Below, piece after piece: positions 11,480-21,636 of a DNA stretch of 34,637 bases (positions are counted from its first letter, which is position 1; every line of letters starts with the position of its first letter). A program made the position numbers and the translations under genes. Source of the stretch: an uncultured Flavobacteriales bacterium (GTDB taxonomy: Bacteria; Bacteroidota; Bacteroidia; Flavobacteriales; UBA7430). Under the pieces are notes generated by a model. The model did no database searches, was not told the origin of the DNA, and worked only from the letters and a program-made list of their open reading frames with translations. Location: assembly GCA_913041775.1 (NCBI GenBank), contig CAJWJW010000002.1, forward strand, positions 1 to 34,637. Direction: 5' to 3'.

Positions 11480-11553
11480 TGGGTCGTAGCCAAGTTGGTA
11501 AGGCAACTCGTTTTGATCGAGTCATTCCGCAGGTTCAAGTCCTGCCGATCCAG
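11480..11553 (+). tRNA. trnQ(uug): tRNA-Gln (UUG)
   Basis: TGGGTCG-TA-GCCA..AGGC-A-ACTCG-TTTTGAT-CGAGT-CATTC-CGCAG-GTTCAAG.. ; U1:A72 first pair as in bacterial tRNA-Gln. Confidence 0.9.
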
Positions 11554-11887
11554 AGGGTTTTCATATAGCAAACGAAAGTAGTCTTCTAGTTTATTGTAAA
11601 TATATTTTATAAATTTAAAAGAATTTTATCAAAAAAGTAACCCGTGAAATCCTTTGCAGTCAGCGGTTATTTTAGACTGCTTCAAATTTCTAGGCTAAAC
11701 CCTGCTAAATACCGAAACGCACTCTGTAGAGGTAGTCATATCAAGGGTTAAAAAGGTGCTTTTTACCCACCTTTTCATCGTTAATCAAGTTGAATCTAAA
11801 TTGTCTTTATTTATTATAGAAAATGAAGTCTTTGTACCAATATAGATTTATTTATAATAACATATTGAGGCCTCTATTCAAAGATTT

Positions 11888-13240
11888 TTACTTCGTAGCA
11901 TAATTAACTCATACCTTAATACCACAAGTACCATAATCATTTGTGGCATGCGTTTGAACATATTGAATATTTTCATAGATAGTATTCAAAGGCAAGCTTC
12001 CTCGACTAATTTGAATTGTTTCTGCTTTTTCAGCTGGTTTTGATCTTGGGTAGACTTGAATACGACCTGTACATTGTAACTTAAAGCCCTCAACGATAAT
12101 ATCAGGGTATAGAACGGATGCTGTTGATCCGGCTGAATCTTTTGATTCCAAATTTTTAATGCTAGAACCTACTTCAAAATCAGGACCAATACATTGGACT
12201 TCTTTTTCGAACATTCGAATAATTTCATTAAAAACTGTTTGAATTGGTGTTGAAATTTCGATTTTAGTTGCAAGATAATCTGCAATTAATCGTGGGTCTT
12301 CTAACATTGTTCTTACAGGTATTATATTTAAAGAAATTTTCTTCGTTTTGTAAGCAGAATTAAGAAAGACTTGTGATTCTCATTGACGTTTTGATCATCA
12401 ATTATTTTCTGATGAGTCAAATTTATTACCCTTTGGGGAATTTTCTAAGTTTTTAATTTCTAAAAAAGATTCTTGGTTAAGAGAATTCTTAGTCTCTAGA
12501 AAAGAAACTCAATCTTTTTCGAACCGGTTTATTTCTGTATCATATTTAGCCTTACTGGTGTCTTGTGTTGTAAGTAAAGAATTCAAAATATTTTTTTTTA
12601 ATAAAGAGTTTTTCTGAGGAATCGCAGATTTGGATTCTGATAAGAAAGAGTTTTTTGTTTGATCTGTGATATAGTTAGACGTTGAAGATGTTTTTAATTT
12701 TAATTGACCATGTTTATCCTCCGATTTAAATGAATGCTGGGAAAGACGAGTATTTGGTCAATTTTGCAAAAAAGACCAAATATTGTTACTTGGTTTTTGC
12801 TTTTCAATTCATGAATTAACGAGTTCTAAATTTAAGAGCGTTAGATTCGAAATTAGTTTTGAGGACTCTTTTTTACTAAACACGGTATTACTTTTAGAAA
12901 ATAAAATACCCAAAGTTTTTGATATGATAAAAGGTACTCAACCTAAATTAAGACCTTCTTTTAACACTTTCTCTTTTGGTGTAAGAGTTAAGTTTTTTTG
13001 ATGTTTATATAAATGTACATTTACTTGAACTGAACCGTTAGGTTTACGTTCAATTTGACATTGACTTTGATAAAGGTCGAACATTCAAAAAAAACCTTTA
13101 AGATAATTTTGAATAACTAAATCTTCATGTAATAATTTAGTATAAGTTTGTTTTCGTTTTGTTGGGTCTGAAAATCATACGGACTCTCAGGACTTTTGAA
13201 CCCCTAATCGTAAACTATTAGGATTGATTTTTTGACTCAT
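11888..13240 (-). CDS. rps3: Ribosomal protein S3; the reading frame as written needs a +1 and a -1 shift near the 5' end
   Basis: N-terminus from ATG 13238-13240: MSQKINPNSLRLGVQKSWESVWFSD... A second frame gives ...TKLLHEDLVIQNYLKGFF. The original frame then gives ...CQIERKPNGSVQVNVHLY... through a long insertion to ...CTGRIQVYPRSK...GSLPLNTIYENIQYVQTHATNDYGTCGIKVWVNYATK, with TAA at 11888-11890. Reading the whole gene in the first frame meets TAA at 13136-13138 and 13097-13099. Confidence 0.85.
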
Positions 13241-13278
13241 TTTTATGCTGTAAAGTTATCAATAAGTAGTTTTACAAA

Positions 13279-13363
13279 AAACTCCTGGAGGAATTGAACC
13301 TCTTGGCATCCATCCGGCTATTTAACGCCACTAGCTTAGAAGGCTAGAGCCGGGACAGGAATC
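13279..13363 (-). tRNA. Aberrant tRNA-like element with a UCU anticodon hairpin (candidate trnR(ucu), non-canonical fold)
   Basis: Minus strand: acceptor GATTCCT/AGGAGTT, good T arm (A)GAGG-TTCAATT-CCTC(C), perfect hairpin CTAGC-CTTCTAA-GCTAG (anticodon UCU). That hairpin sits only 9 nt after the acceptor, so there is no D arm in the normal place. It is followed by a D-arm-like hairpin TGGC-GTTAAATA-GCCG and 11 more nt before the T arm. Confidence 0.4.
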
Positions 13364-13411
13364 AATATAAGTCATTTTTGTGTAAAGGAGGTCTTAGCTT
13401 TTGCAGAAAAT

Positions 13412-14713
13412 ATGAATATTCATACTTTATTCGATAATTTTCAATGAGTTTGTGCTACTCCTTTAGAGCAGTTTCAAATTCTTCCTTTATCTATGCAATC
13501 ATACGGATCTACAACAGGAACTTCTTCGTTAGAACAAGTAAGCCTTTTTCCTGCGATCGCACACGAAAGTGAATTCCTATATCTTGTAGGGGGTCTTAAC
13601 TCTTTCGAGCAGGTGACTTCTTGAAGTCATCACCAGTGAGTAGATATGTACTCTACTGTACCTGCATACATTTTTCCTACAGCTTCTGTTACTTCAGAAC
13701 TTGCTCAAGCTGGATTAAGTACTTCAGCAGCTCAAACTATTAAGTGATATGAGTTTGGATCATGAATTATGCTTCCTCTTTTATATGTTTTCCTTTTAGC
13801 TTCAAAAGGTCTTTTATCTATCTACATCTTTATTTCAACTTATTTAAGTCTTATCATTACAAGCATTGGATCTCTTGTTTGTTTACCATTTACTTTTTTA
13901 GATTTATCTCCTCTAAAAGGTTCAGTAATCACATCAGATTTAAGTTCTCTATCTGCTGGTCTTAGTCAAATTTTTTCACAAGTAAGTGATTTTGTAACTG
14001 GATTAGTTGCTGGACAATTAATTACAGGTCCAGTATTTACGAACTTTATGCTAATTTCTATCTTATCTTTTGTTATGGTTAAATTATTCCTTTCTTTCGG
14101 TTTATACAAGATTAACTTAGTACCTAATCGATGACAATCAATTATGGAAATCGTTTACGGTTTTATCTTAAACGTAGTATGTGATCAAATGGGTTCACAA
14201 AAAGGAGAAAAATATTTCCCTGCATTCGCAACATTATTTTTCACAGTATTAGCTGCTAACGTTATCGCTTTATTCCCATACACATATAGTATTACATCTC
14301 AATTTATTGTAACTTTCCTTATTAGTTTCTTCGCTTTTGGTGTAATTAATATCATTGGATTCTTACACCATGGAATTTACCTTATCCGAATGTTATTACC
14401 AAGTGGTTGTCCTGCTGCAATGGCTCCTTTAATTATTTTAATTGAGCTTGTAAGTTATGTAGCTCGAGTAATTAGTCTTTCTCTTCGAATTTTTGCTAAC
14501 ATTATGTCAGGACATTGTATGTTAAAAATTCTTACAATTGGAGTATGATTCTTATTAGGAGTAGGAGGTCTAGGTCTTATTGGTCATTCTTTCGCTTTAG
14601 CTGTTGTTATTGTTATTAATATCTTAGAAGTTATGGTAGGTGTTATTCAAGCTTGAGTATTCTTAATTCTAATTTGTTTATACACAAACGACGTATTAGA
14701 AGGAGGTCACTAA
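13412..14713 (+). CDS. atp6: ATP synthase F0 subunit a (subunit 6), about 180 aa longer than usual at the N-terminal end
   Basis: ATG 13412 to TAA 14711-14713, 433 codons in one frame. I checked codon by codon from 13412 to 13769 and found only TGA, no TAA or TAG. ATPLEQFQILPL near the N-terminus; the conserved core ...LSLRIFANIMSGHCMLKIL...IQAWVFLILICLYTNDVLEGGH at the C-terminus. Confidence 0.92.
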
Positions 14714-14814
14714 TTGACTTGAATTCTTTATCTGTATTTATTGATAAACAACTTTTAAAGCACACTTTCTAAACCTTTCAAAATTTCTAGAGAAAAACAA
14801 ATGTTTAGATCTAA

Positions 14815-15672
14815 TTATAAATCTCCAAAGTATTTGTTACATAATCATGTACAGTAATCACTAAATGGAACAGCTTCTACACAAATAGGCATGTACCCAT
14901 GACGAGCACCACAAATTTCTGAACAGTTACCATAGTAAAGACCTGGTCGAGGGATAAATAAAGCAACCTGATTTAGTCGTCCTGGACAAGCGTCCATTTT
15001 AACTCCTAAAGCAGGAACAGCTCAACAGTGAAGTACATCCGCAGCAGTAACGATAACTCGAATATGCTTTTGGATAGGTAAAACCATTCGGTTATCTACT
15101 TCTAACATTCGAAGCTCTCCTAGTTCTAAATCATCTTCAGATTTTAGGTAAGAATCATAAGTAATAGTATCTTCAGCTTCAATTAATTGTTCACCATCAA
15201 TTGATAAATCTGTAGAGTACTCATAAGATCAATATCACTGGTGACCAATTACTTTAACTGTAATAGTAGGCTCAACGATTTCATCAATAGAGTATAATAA
15301 AGCCATTGAAGGTAAAGCGATCATAAGTAAAATAATCGCTGGAGCTGTAGTTCATCCGATCTCAAGAGCTGTACCATGTACAGTCTTATCGGGTAAGTTA
15401 TAAATTTGTCGAAAAGCTAATGTATTATGCTCTGCGTCTTCTCCGAAAATTTGTACAACACGGATCATAATATATAGAGTAAAAACCCCTACTGCAGTCA
15501 TAATAAACATTAAATCATGATGAAGGTTTACAATACCTGCCATTGTTGGTGAAGCAGGGTCTTGAAAACTTAATTGTCAAGGATTTGAAGAATGGATAAC
15601 AGATTCTGTTGCGTCATGTGCGCAAACAGAAGCTGACATTCCGATGTTTGTCAAGATTAAATTAAAGTTCAT
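14815..15672 (-). CDS. cox2: Cytochrome c oxidase subunit 2
   Basis: ATG 15670-15672 to TAA 14815-14817. ...VIGHQWYWSYEYS..., ...[28 protein letters not shown]...[20 protein letters not shown] (CuA site). Confidence 0.95.
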
Positions 15673-15713
15673 CTTTTGTGCAATGAATGCTTAACGAATT
15701 TAAAACTTAAAGA

Positions 15714-16664
15714 TTAATTTGATTTTTTTACTAATCAGTCATTATAAATTGATTGGGTAAAGTCTTCTCGCCCTTCTTGAATAGCTTTACTAATTAAATT
15801 TGAGTAGAGTGCATAAGCTCGGATAGAATCATCGTTACCAGGAATAATGTAATCAAAGGGTTGTCCATTAGGAGCTGGATCGCAATCTGAATCAACAACT
15901 GCGATGACAGGAATACCTATTTGCTGTGCTTCTTTTAAAGGTTGTTCTAAAGATTTTACGCCTATGGCAAAAATAATACTCGGGACTGAAAATCGTCGTT
16001 GTGTAAGTAATTGTGTACTTGACGATAAGTTATCAGTCGATTCTTCGAAATTAGCATTCAGAAGTGGACAAGCTTGTTTTGTGTTTTCCATAACTTTTGA
16101 TAGAGTTGCTTCATTTTCACGCTTATGAACTTCGAAATTTAGCTCTGAGATGAAAGTATCTTTTAGATAAGGTCAATCAACTGAACCAGGTCGATAATAA
16201 TTTTCTTGGCTTTTTTTTCGAAGTGAACGTTTATATAACTTCATTTGTCGAACATCTAATTTTTCCGACCGTAAATAATCTTTTTTGTTTTTTTGGATTA
16301 ATTGTTTAATCATTTGATTTCAATTTGTGAAAGTACCATAAGTTCACTTGTCAATTGAATACGGTTGACCGCATGCTGTAGCTGCTGCTTCCGTAATACG
16401 ATCATAAGGATTGGATTTTTTCATAACTTGACCTATTTGAACAGGGGGTCGACCTAAAAATAAAACTTGACCTCCTTGAGAGGATATTTGCTTAACAACT
16501 TTCAGAACTCGATTTAATGAAAAAATTGTTTGGTTTAAATCAAAAATATGATGTTTATTTCGCTCCCCTAAAATATAGGGCGATGTTTTGGGATTTCATT
16601 CGTTTTTTAAATGTCCTAAATGCAATTGAGATTGTAAACATTGGTTAACTGTTAATTTAGTCAT
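15714..16664 (-). CDS. rps2: Ribosomal protein S2
   Basis: ATG 16662-16664. MTKLTVNQCLQSQLHLGHLKNEWNPKTSPYILGERNKHHIFDLNQT...IGIPVIAVVDSDCDPAPNGQPFDYIIPGNDDSIRAYALY... The TGA at 15735-15737 is read as Trp, and the true stop is TAA at 15714-15716. Confidence 0.9.
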
Positions 16665-16764
16665 AAAATGGTTTTATGTTATGTTTAAATTTTGTATAAT
16701 GTTTTTAAGAAGGTGGGCTTTTAAGGTGTAATTACTAAAAATTTACCATGAAAGTCAAAATTTA

Positions 16765-17925
16765 TTAGCTTTCAATTGTACTAACAGGAACTGGGATTAA
16801 TCAGTACTCTAAACGCGATAATACAGGTAAAATAACAAGGAAATAACCAAAATAGAAAAGACCAGCAATTTGAGCTAATGTAATGTAAGGCTCTTCCGCA
16901 GGCATACCTCCTAATCAAGTTAATAATAGTCAGTCTGCAATGAAAATTCAGAAAACGATCTTATATAATGGTCGGAATACTGAACTTTGAACTGTACTAG
17001 CTGTAATGAAAGGTAAAAGAGCTAAAACAAGAATACCTCCAAATAAAGCTAATACTCCTGCAAGCTTGTTTGGAATGGCACGAAGAATAGCGTAAGCTCA
17101 TAAAAAGTATCATTCAGGTACAATATGTGTAGGAGTTACCATAGGATCAGCCTCAAGGTAATTATCTGGATGTCCCATATAATTTGGAGCAAAGAATACG
17201 AAAAGAGAAAACAGTAACCCAAAAGCAACGGCACCATAAATATCTTTAACTGTAAAATATGGATGAAAAGAAATTTTATCCACATTTGAAATTGTTCCTA
17301 ATGGATTACTAGATCCATGACTGTGTAAAGCTGTTAAATGTAAGGCTGTTGCGGCTGCAATAGCAAAAGGAAGTAAATAATGTAAACTGAAGAATCGGTT
17401 TAAAGTAGCGTTATCTACAGAAAACCCACCTCAAATTCAAGCTACAATATACTTACCTACAACAGGAAGAGCTGAAAATAAATTTGTAATTACAGTAGCA
17501 CCTCAATAACTCATTTGTCCTCAAGGTAAAACATATCCAATGAAAGCTGTAGCCATCATTAATAGAATAAGTACTACTCCTAATAATCAAACAATAATTC
17601 GGGGAGATCGGTATGATCCGTAGTAAAGACCACGTCCAAGGTGAACATATACTACAACAAAAAACATAGAAGCTCCGTTAGCATGAGTGTATCGTAATAA
17701 TCACCCATAAGGTACATCTCGCATAATATGCTCTACACTTGCGAAAGCATAGTCTACGTGCGCAGCGTAATGCATTGCAAGAAAGATACCTGTTACTAAT
17801 TGAACTACTAAACAGAAAGCAGCTAAAACTCCAAAATTTCACATATATGAAATACTTGATGGAGTTGGATAACTGATAACATGACCTTCGATAATCGAAA
17901 GAAGAGGTCGTTTGAGAAGTCTCAT
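16765..17925 (-). CDS. cob: Apocytochrome b
   Basis: ATG 17923-17925 (an in-frame ATG 9 nt upstream at 17932-17934 is an alternative) to TAA 16765-16767. Many TGA=Trp, which is why no track ORF was called. ...[28 protein letters not shown]..., ...[17 protein letters not shown]..., ...[19 protein letters not shown]... Confidence 0.95.
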
Positions 17926-18020
17926 TTTTTGCATCGCTTTGATACTACTCACCGAGATTCTTAGACTACTTTCTGTTCAGAATGGAGTTTTAGTAGAACC
18001 TAACTAAATATAAGTTAAAA

Positions 18021-18383
18021 TTACTTAACTTTAAAACTAACTAGAGTTTGTAACTTCTTAGAATTTTCTGAAGATCCTGATTCTTTAGATAACTGAGAAG
18101 AGATATCTTTAGAAAATTGTGTTTGAAGAACAGAATGGAGGCTAGGTCCAAAGTTAAGTGATTTTCCTTCCATAGATGCTGGTGATGCAAAAATAGATGT
18201 CTTTAAAGATGTTGACTCTGCAACTGCTGTTGCTGTAGGTAAAGCAGATGATTGAGTTCGAACAGCAAAAATTTGACCAATTGTAGGTAAGAATAGTCGA
18301 GATAAGATTACGAAAAATAAGATAAAGATAAAGAAAAGAGGAAGTACTTGTGGGATAAAACCGATTAAGTCTAAAGCTGGCAT
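18021..18383 (-). CDS. atp8: ATP synthase F0 subunit 8 (orfB/ymf19 type)
   Basis: MPALDLIGFIPQVLPLFFIFILFFVILSRLFLPTIGQIFAVR...: the MPQLD-type start plus a single TM helix, then a Ser-rich tail. TAA stop at 18021-18023. Confidence 0.8.
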   Translation of the reverse strand: MPALDLIGFIPQVLPLFFIFILFFVILSRLFLPTIGQIFAVRTQSSALPTATAVAESTSLKTSIFASPASMEGKSLNFGPSLHSVLQTQFSKDISSQLSKESGSSENSKKLQTLVSFKVK

Positions 18384-18445
18384 TATTTTTTTCTGCTACA
18401 TAACTAAATGCATATTTTGTTTTTTAAAACACTAATTTTATAAAA

Positions 18446-18518
18446 TGAGCCTGAATAGATTTGAACTATTGACCTCTCCCTTATCAGGGGAACGCTCTAC
18501 CAACTAAGCTACAGGCTC
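18446..18518 (-). tRNA. trnI(gau): tRNA-Ile (GAU)
   Basis: Minus strand: GAGCCTG-TA-GCTT..GAGC-G-TTCCC-CTGATAA-GGGAG-AGGTC-AATAG-TTCAAAT-CTATT-CAGGCTC-A. Confidence 0.9.
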
Positions 18519-18545
18519 TTTTAACAAAATAAACACAATCATAAA

Positions 18546-19070
18546 ATGATTACAACATCGAATAATAATCTTTCTATCTTACGAGATAAATTTGTCCAAA
18601 AACTAATGCTAAACGGTAAAAAGGCCGTAGCAACAAACTTATTTGAAGAAAGCTTAGAAATTTTACGCTCAAAAATTCAAAAAGAACTACTTTTATTAAA
18701 AGGTAAAACAAAAAGCAAAAAAAACACTTCTTTTCTAGAAAGTTTAGAATCTAAAAAAAAACTTGAAATTTTTGAAATTGCTCTTAATCGGGCAAAACCT
18801 TGACTTTCTGTTGTTTCAACTAAACGTGGAGGTAAAGTTATTTTAGTACCACGAGTTCTAACACCTAATCAACAACAAATTTTAGTCATTCGCTGATTAG
18901 TTCAAAATATTCGAGGAACAAAAACAAAAGCTGTTAAATCTAGTAGCTTTTTATTAGCCAACGAACTTTATGGTTGCCTTACAAATCAAGGTAAAACTAT
19001 GAACCAACGACAACAATTACACCAATTGGCAGAATCGAATCGAGCTAATATAGGTTTTGTTATTAAATAA
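18546..19070 (+). CDS. rps7: Ribosomal protein S7
   Basis: ATG 18546 to TAA 19068-19070 across two TGA. ...FVQKLMLNGKKAVATNLF..., ...ALNRAKPWLSVVSTKRGGKVILVPRVL..., ...LAESNRANIGF follow the S7 pattern (GKK..A, AeaNrA). Confidence 0.88.
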
Positions 19071-19081
19071 GTTCTATATTA

Positions 19082-19154
19082 TGGCAGAAAGGAGAATTGA
19101 ACTCCTCTTGCCGGAATATGAGTCCGGAGCTTTGACCAACTAAGCTATTCTGCT
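19082..19154 (-). tRNA. trnM(cau): tRNA with CAU anticodon (Met; 1:72 mismatch, initiator-like)
   Basis: Minus strand: AGCAGAA-TA-GCTT..AAGC-T-CCGGA-CTCATAT-TCCGG-CAAG-AGGAG-TTCAATT-CTCCT-TTCTGCC-A; A1/C72 unpaired. Confidence 0.85.
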
Positions 19155-19172
19155 TATAACGTTAGTTCCTAA

Positions 19173-19243
19173 AAGCTAAGGACAGAATCGAACTGTCTTT
19201 AAAAGATTTGCAATCTCTTGCATTGCCATTATGCTACTTAGCC
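19173..19243 (-). tRNA. trnC(gca): tRNA-Cys (GCA)
   Basis: Minus strand: GGCTAAG-TA-GCAT..ATGC-A-AGAGA-TTGCAAA-TCTTT-TAAA-GACAG-TTCGATT-CTGTC-CTTAGCT. Confidence 0.9.
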
Positions 19244-19972
19244 TTTATTTTGAGATCAAGGTAATTGAAACCCACTTAATAAAAGTCGTCCTGTTCGATC
19301 ATTCTTAGCTGTAGTTACAATAGTAATGTGTAAACCATTTAGCTTAGTAAATTTTGGGTTTTGATCAATTTCACGAAATGAATAGAATGACTTAATACCA
19401 ATATGAAAATTTCCATGACCATCAAAATGTGAATCATAATATCATTTTAGTTGCGAACCATCATCTAACCAAGATGAAGTTGTTTTCTGAAATAATGAAG
19501 TCTGAAAAGACTTGAAATCTGAAATATTTGGAAAAACTTCACTAATTAATCGATCTAAGAAAAAATACATCGAATCTTTTCGTAATGTAGTATGAAAAGC
19601 TGCTAGTTGATCTTTTCGAACATCAAGACCAGGCCGTGTTACTTTATATAAGTTTTCCGTTGGACGTTGTCCTGAAATAAGTAATAAAGCTGAACGTACT
19701 TGATAAGGTACATTTTCTCAAGCTGCCATAGCTGCAGATACTCCTTGTTTTTTACTAGAAGAATTTTGTTGTGCTTTTGTTAATTTTTTACTTTTTTTTT
19801 TAATTGCGTTTGTCTCTTGAATAACCCCTCGTACTTGACCAGATTCAAATTCAGCACTTGAACTTAATATGATTTTTTCAATACGTGGTAATTCTAAACT
19901 ATTTGTAATATTAAGCTTAACGGATAAATCCGGAGCAATTACATTTGAATAATGCTCTTTTAAACGAATCAT
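19238..19972 (-). CDS. rpl5: Ribosomal protein L5 (3' end overlaps trnC by 6 nt)
   Basis: MIRLKEHYSNVIAPDLSVKLNITNSLELPRIEKIIL..., ...LLLISGQRPTENLYK..., ...HTTLRKDSMYFFLDRLI..., ...DGHGNFHIGIK... follow the L5 pattern. With TGA=Trp (19718-19720, 19256-19258), the first true stop is TAA at 19238-19240, inside the 5' acceptor strand of trnC. Confidence 0.88.
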
Positions 19973-19999
19973 GATTAATAATGTTTTTTCATGCTAGTC

Positions 20000-21285
20000 A
20001 AAAAGCTCATTATTTTACTACTTTATTAAATTGATATCCTCTATTTCGGCAGAAAGCTTATATTCCCGTTACATTATTAGACAAATAAAACTTAAGAATT
20101 ATTACACTGCACTGCTACGTGTTCTTAAATGGATGGCTGTTTCTAAGCCCACCACGGTAATGTTTCAGTTCTACTTATCTTTTCTAACTTAGCCTTCATT
20201 TAGGGGCCTTAATATGAGGTGAGAGCTGTTTCTCTCTTGACTACCAAGCTTATCCCCAATAGTCTGTCTGCTGATAAATTTATAGGTATTCGGAGTTTCT
20301 CTCTGTTTAGTAAAGTTTATCACCACCCGCACAGAACGAGTGCTCTACCCCCTATAAATTATTGTTATATCACGCTCTACTTAAATAGATTTCGCAAAAA
20401 ACTAGCTATATCCACGTTTGATTAAACTTTCATCCCTAGCCACAGGTCATCCCAAAGCATTGCTACGCTTACGGGTTCAGTCTTCCATTCCTTTGTTACA
20501 GAACTTCAACTTGCCCATGGCTCGATCACGTGGTTTCGAGTCTTAAGAAAAGAACTAAATGGTTTATTTCATCCGCGATTTCTCTACGCCTACATTTCTC
20601 AAAATTTAAGCTCGCTCTTTTCCTAAACTTGCTGACCCATCATGCAAAAGGTACGCCGTTACATCTAAATATTATGCTCCGACTGCTTGTAAATATTAAA
20701 TTTCAGGTTCTATTTCACTCCGCTTTTGGTATAATAATTAATTATACCTCAGGTCTTTTTCACCTTTCCCTCACGGTACTTGTACGCTATCGGTTATTAA
20801 GGAGTATTTAGGCTTAGAGGTCTAGTCCCTCTTTCTTCAGGCAGAATTTCACGTGCTCCACCTTACTTTATTCATTAAAAATTAACAAAATTACTATTGA
20901 ACTTCATTCCAGACACAGGGCTTTCACCTTCTAAGGCATGCTTTTCCAAACATTTACCGAATTTATCAAAGAGTAATTTTTTATTAATGAGATTGCCTAA
21001 TTCCGCAGTCGCTCGCCACTACTTACGGAATCTCGGTTGATGTTTATTCCTAGAGTTACTTAGATGTTTCAGTTCACTCCGTTATAATAAATACATTAAC
21101 TGTATTTAATCCATTATGGATAATGTTTTCATCTTAAGGAAATCCGTAGATCATTAGTGGTATTGTTACCTTCACTATAGCTATTTTCAATAATGTAAAA
21201 TTATTTAGCACGGCTTTTCGTATTATTAAACGTCCTTTTCTCTTAATACCTAGGCTTCCATTTAATATTCTTATTTTTTTATATT
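20000..21285 (-). rRNA. rnl: Large-subunit rRNA, 5' piece (about E. coli 23S positions 1-1170; ends approximate)
   Basis: Minus strand contains GGAAGCCTAGGTATTAAGAGAAAAGGACGT (5' end region), GGAGTGAACTGAAACATCTAAGTAAC, AGTACCGTGAGGGAAAGGTGAAAAAGACC, GGCTTAGAAACAGCCATCCATTTAAG and ATGTAACGGGAATATAAGC, in the 23S domain I-II order. Similarity stops about 30-70 nt before the rpl5 start. Confidence 0.9.
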
Positions 21286-21311
21286 TTATTTTAGGAAACT
21301 TTTTAAATAAT

Positions 21312-21384
21312 AGCCAAATGTCAGAATTGAACTGACGACTTGAGACTTACAAAATCTCCACTCTACCAACTGAGTTAATTTGGC
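21312..21384 (-). tRNA. trnT(ugu): tRNA-Thr (UGU)
   Basis: Minus strand: GCCAAAT-TA-ACTC..GAGT-G-GAGAT-TTTGTAA-GTCTC-AAGTC-GTCAG-TTCAATT-CTGAC-ATTTGGC. Confidence 0.9.
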
Positions 21385-21401
21385 TAATGACTTTCAAATT
21401 T

Positions 21402-21473
21402 AACGGGTAGCCGGAATTGAACCGACAGCCTTTGAGTGGAAGTCAAATATTTTACCAATTAAACTATACCCGC
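21402..21473 (-). tRNA. trnG(ucc): tRNA-Gly (UCC)
   Basis: Minus strand: GCGGGTA-TA-GTTT..AAAT-A-TTTGA-CTTCCAC-TCAAA-GGCT-GTCGG-TTCAATT-CCGGC-TACCCGT. Confidence 0.88.
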
Positions 21474-21495
21474 TTTTTTGTTATTTTATGCTACT

Positions 21496-21568
21496 CTCTC
21501 CCGATCGGACTTGAACCAATGACCTCGACGTTAACAGCGTCTCGCTCTACCACCTGAGCTACAAGAGA
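21496..21568 (-). tRNA. trnN(guu): tRNA-Asn (GUU)
   Basis: Minus strand: TCTCTTG-TA-GCTC..GAGC-G-AGACG-CTGTTAA-CGTCG-AGGTC-ATTGG-TTCAAGT-CCGAT-CGGGAGA. Confidence 0.9.
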
Positions 21569-21636
21569 TTTAATCATAAAATTTAAATACTATTTTATGG
21601 AATTAACAGGAAGACGAAATTAAAACTTTTTCATGT

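Noticed and set aside
11554-11887. A possible protein or RNA gene in the 334-bp spacer between trnQ and the rps3 3' end
   Set aside because: All six frames are full of TAA and TAG stops, and I could not fold a tRNA or recognise an rRNA motif. I kept only its similarity to the 8180-8650 repeat family and the hairpin at 11751-11775, noted under the repeat finding.
12783-13001. Track ORF 12783..13001 (+)
   Set aside because: It is antisense to the central insertion of rps3, whose minus-strand frame is continuous with conserved domains on both sides.
15904-16128. Track ORF 15904..16128 (+)
   Set aside because: It is antisense to the conserved C-terminal domain of rps2.
20219-20811. Track ORFs 20219..20425 and 20530..20811 (+)
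   Set aside because: They lie inside the 5' piece of rnl on the opposite strand. The region has clear 23S rRNA signatures, so these are chance ORFs.
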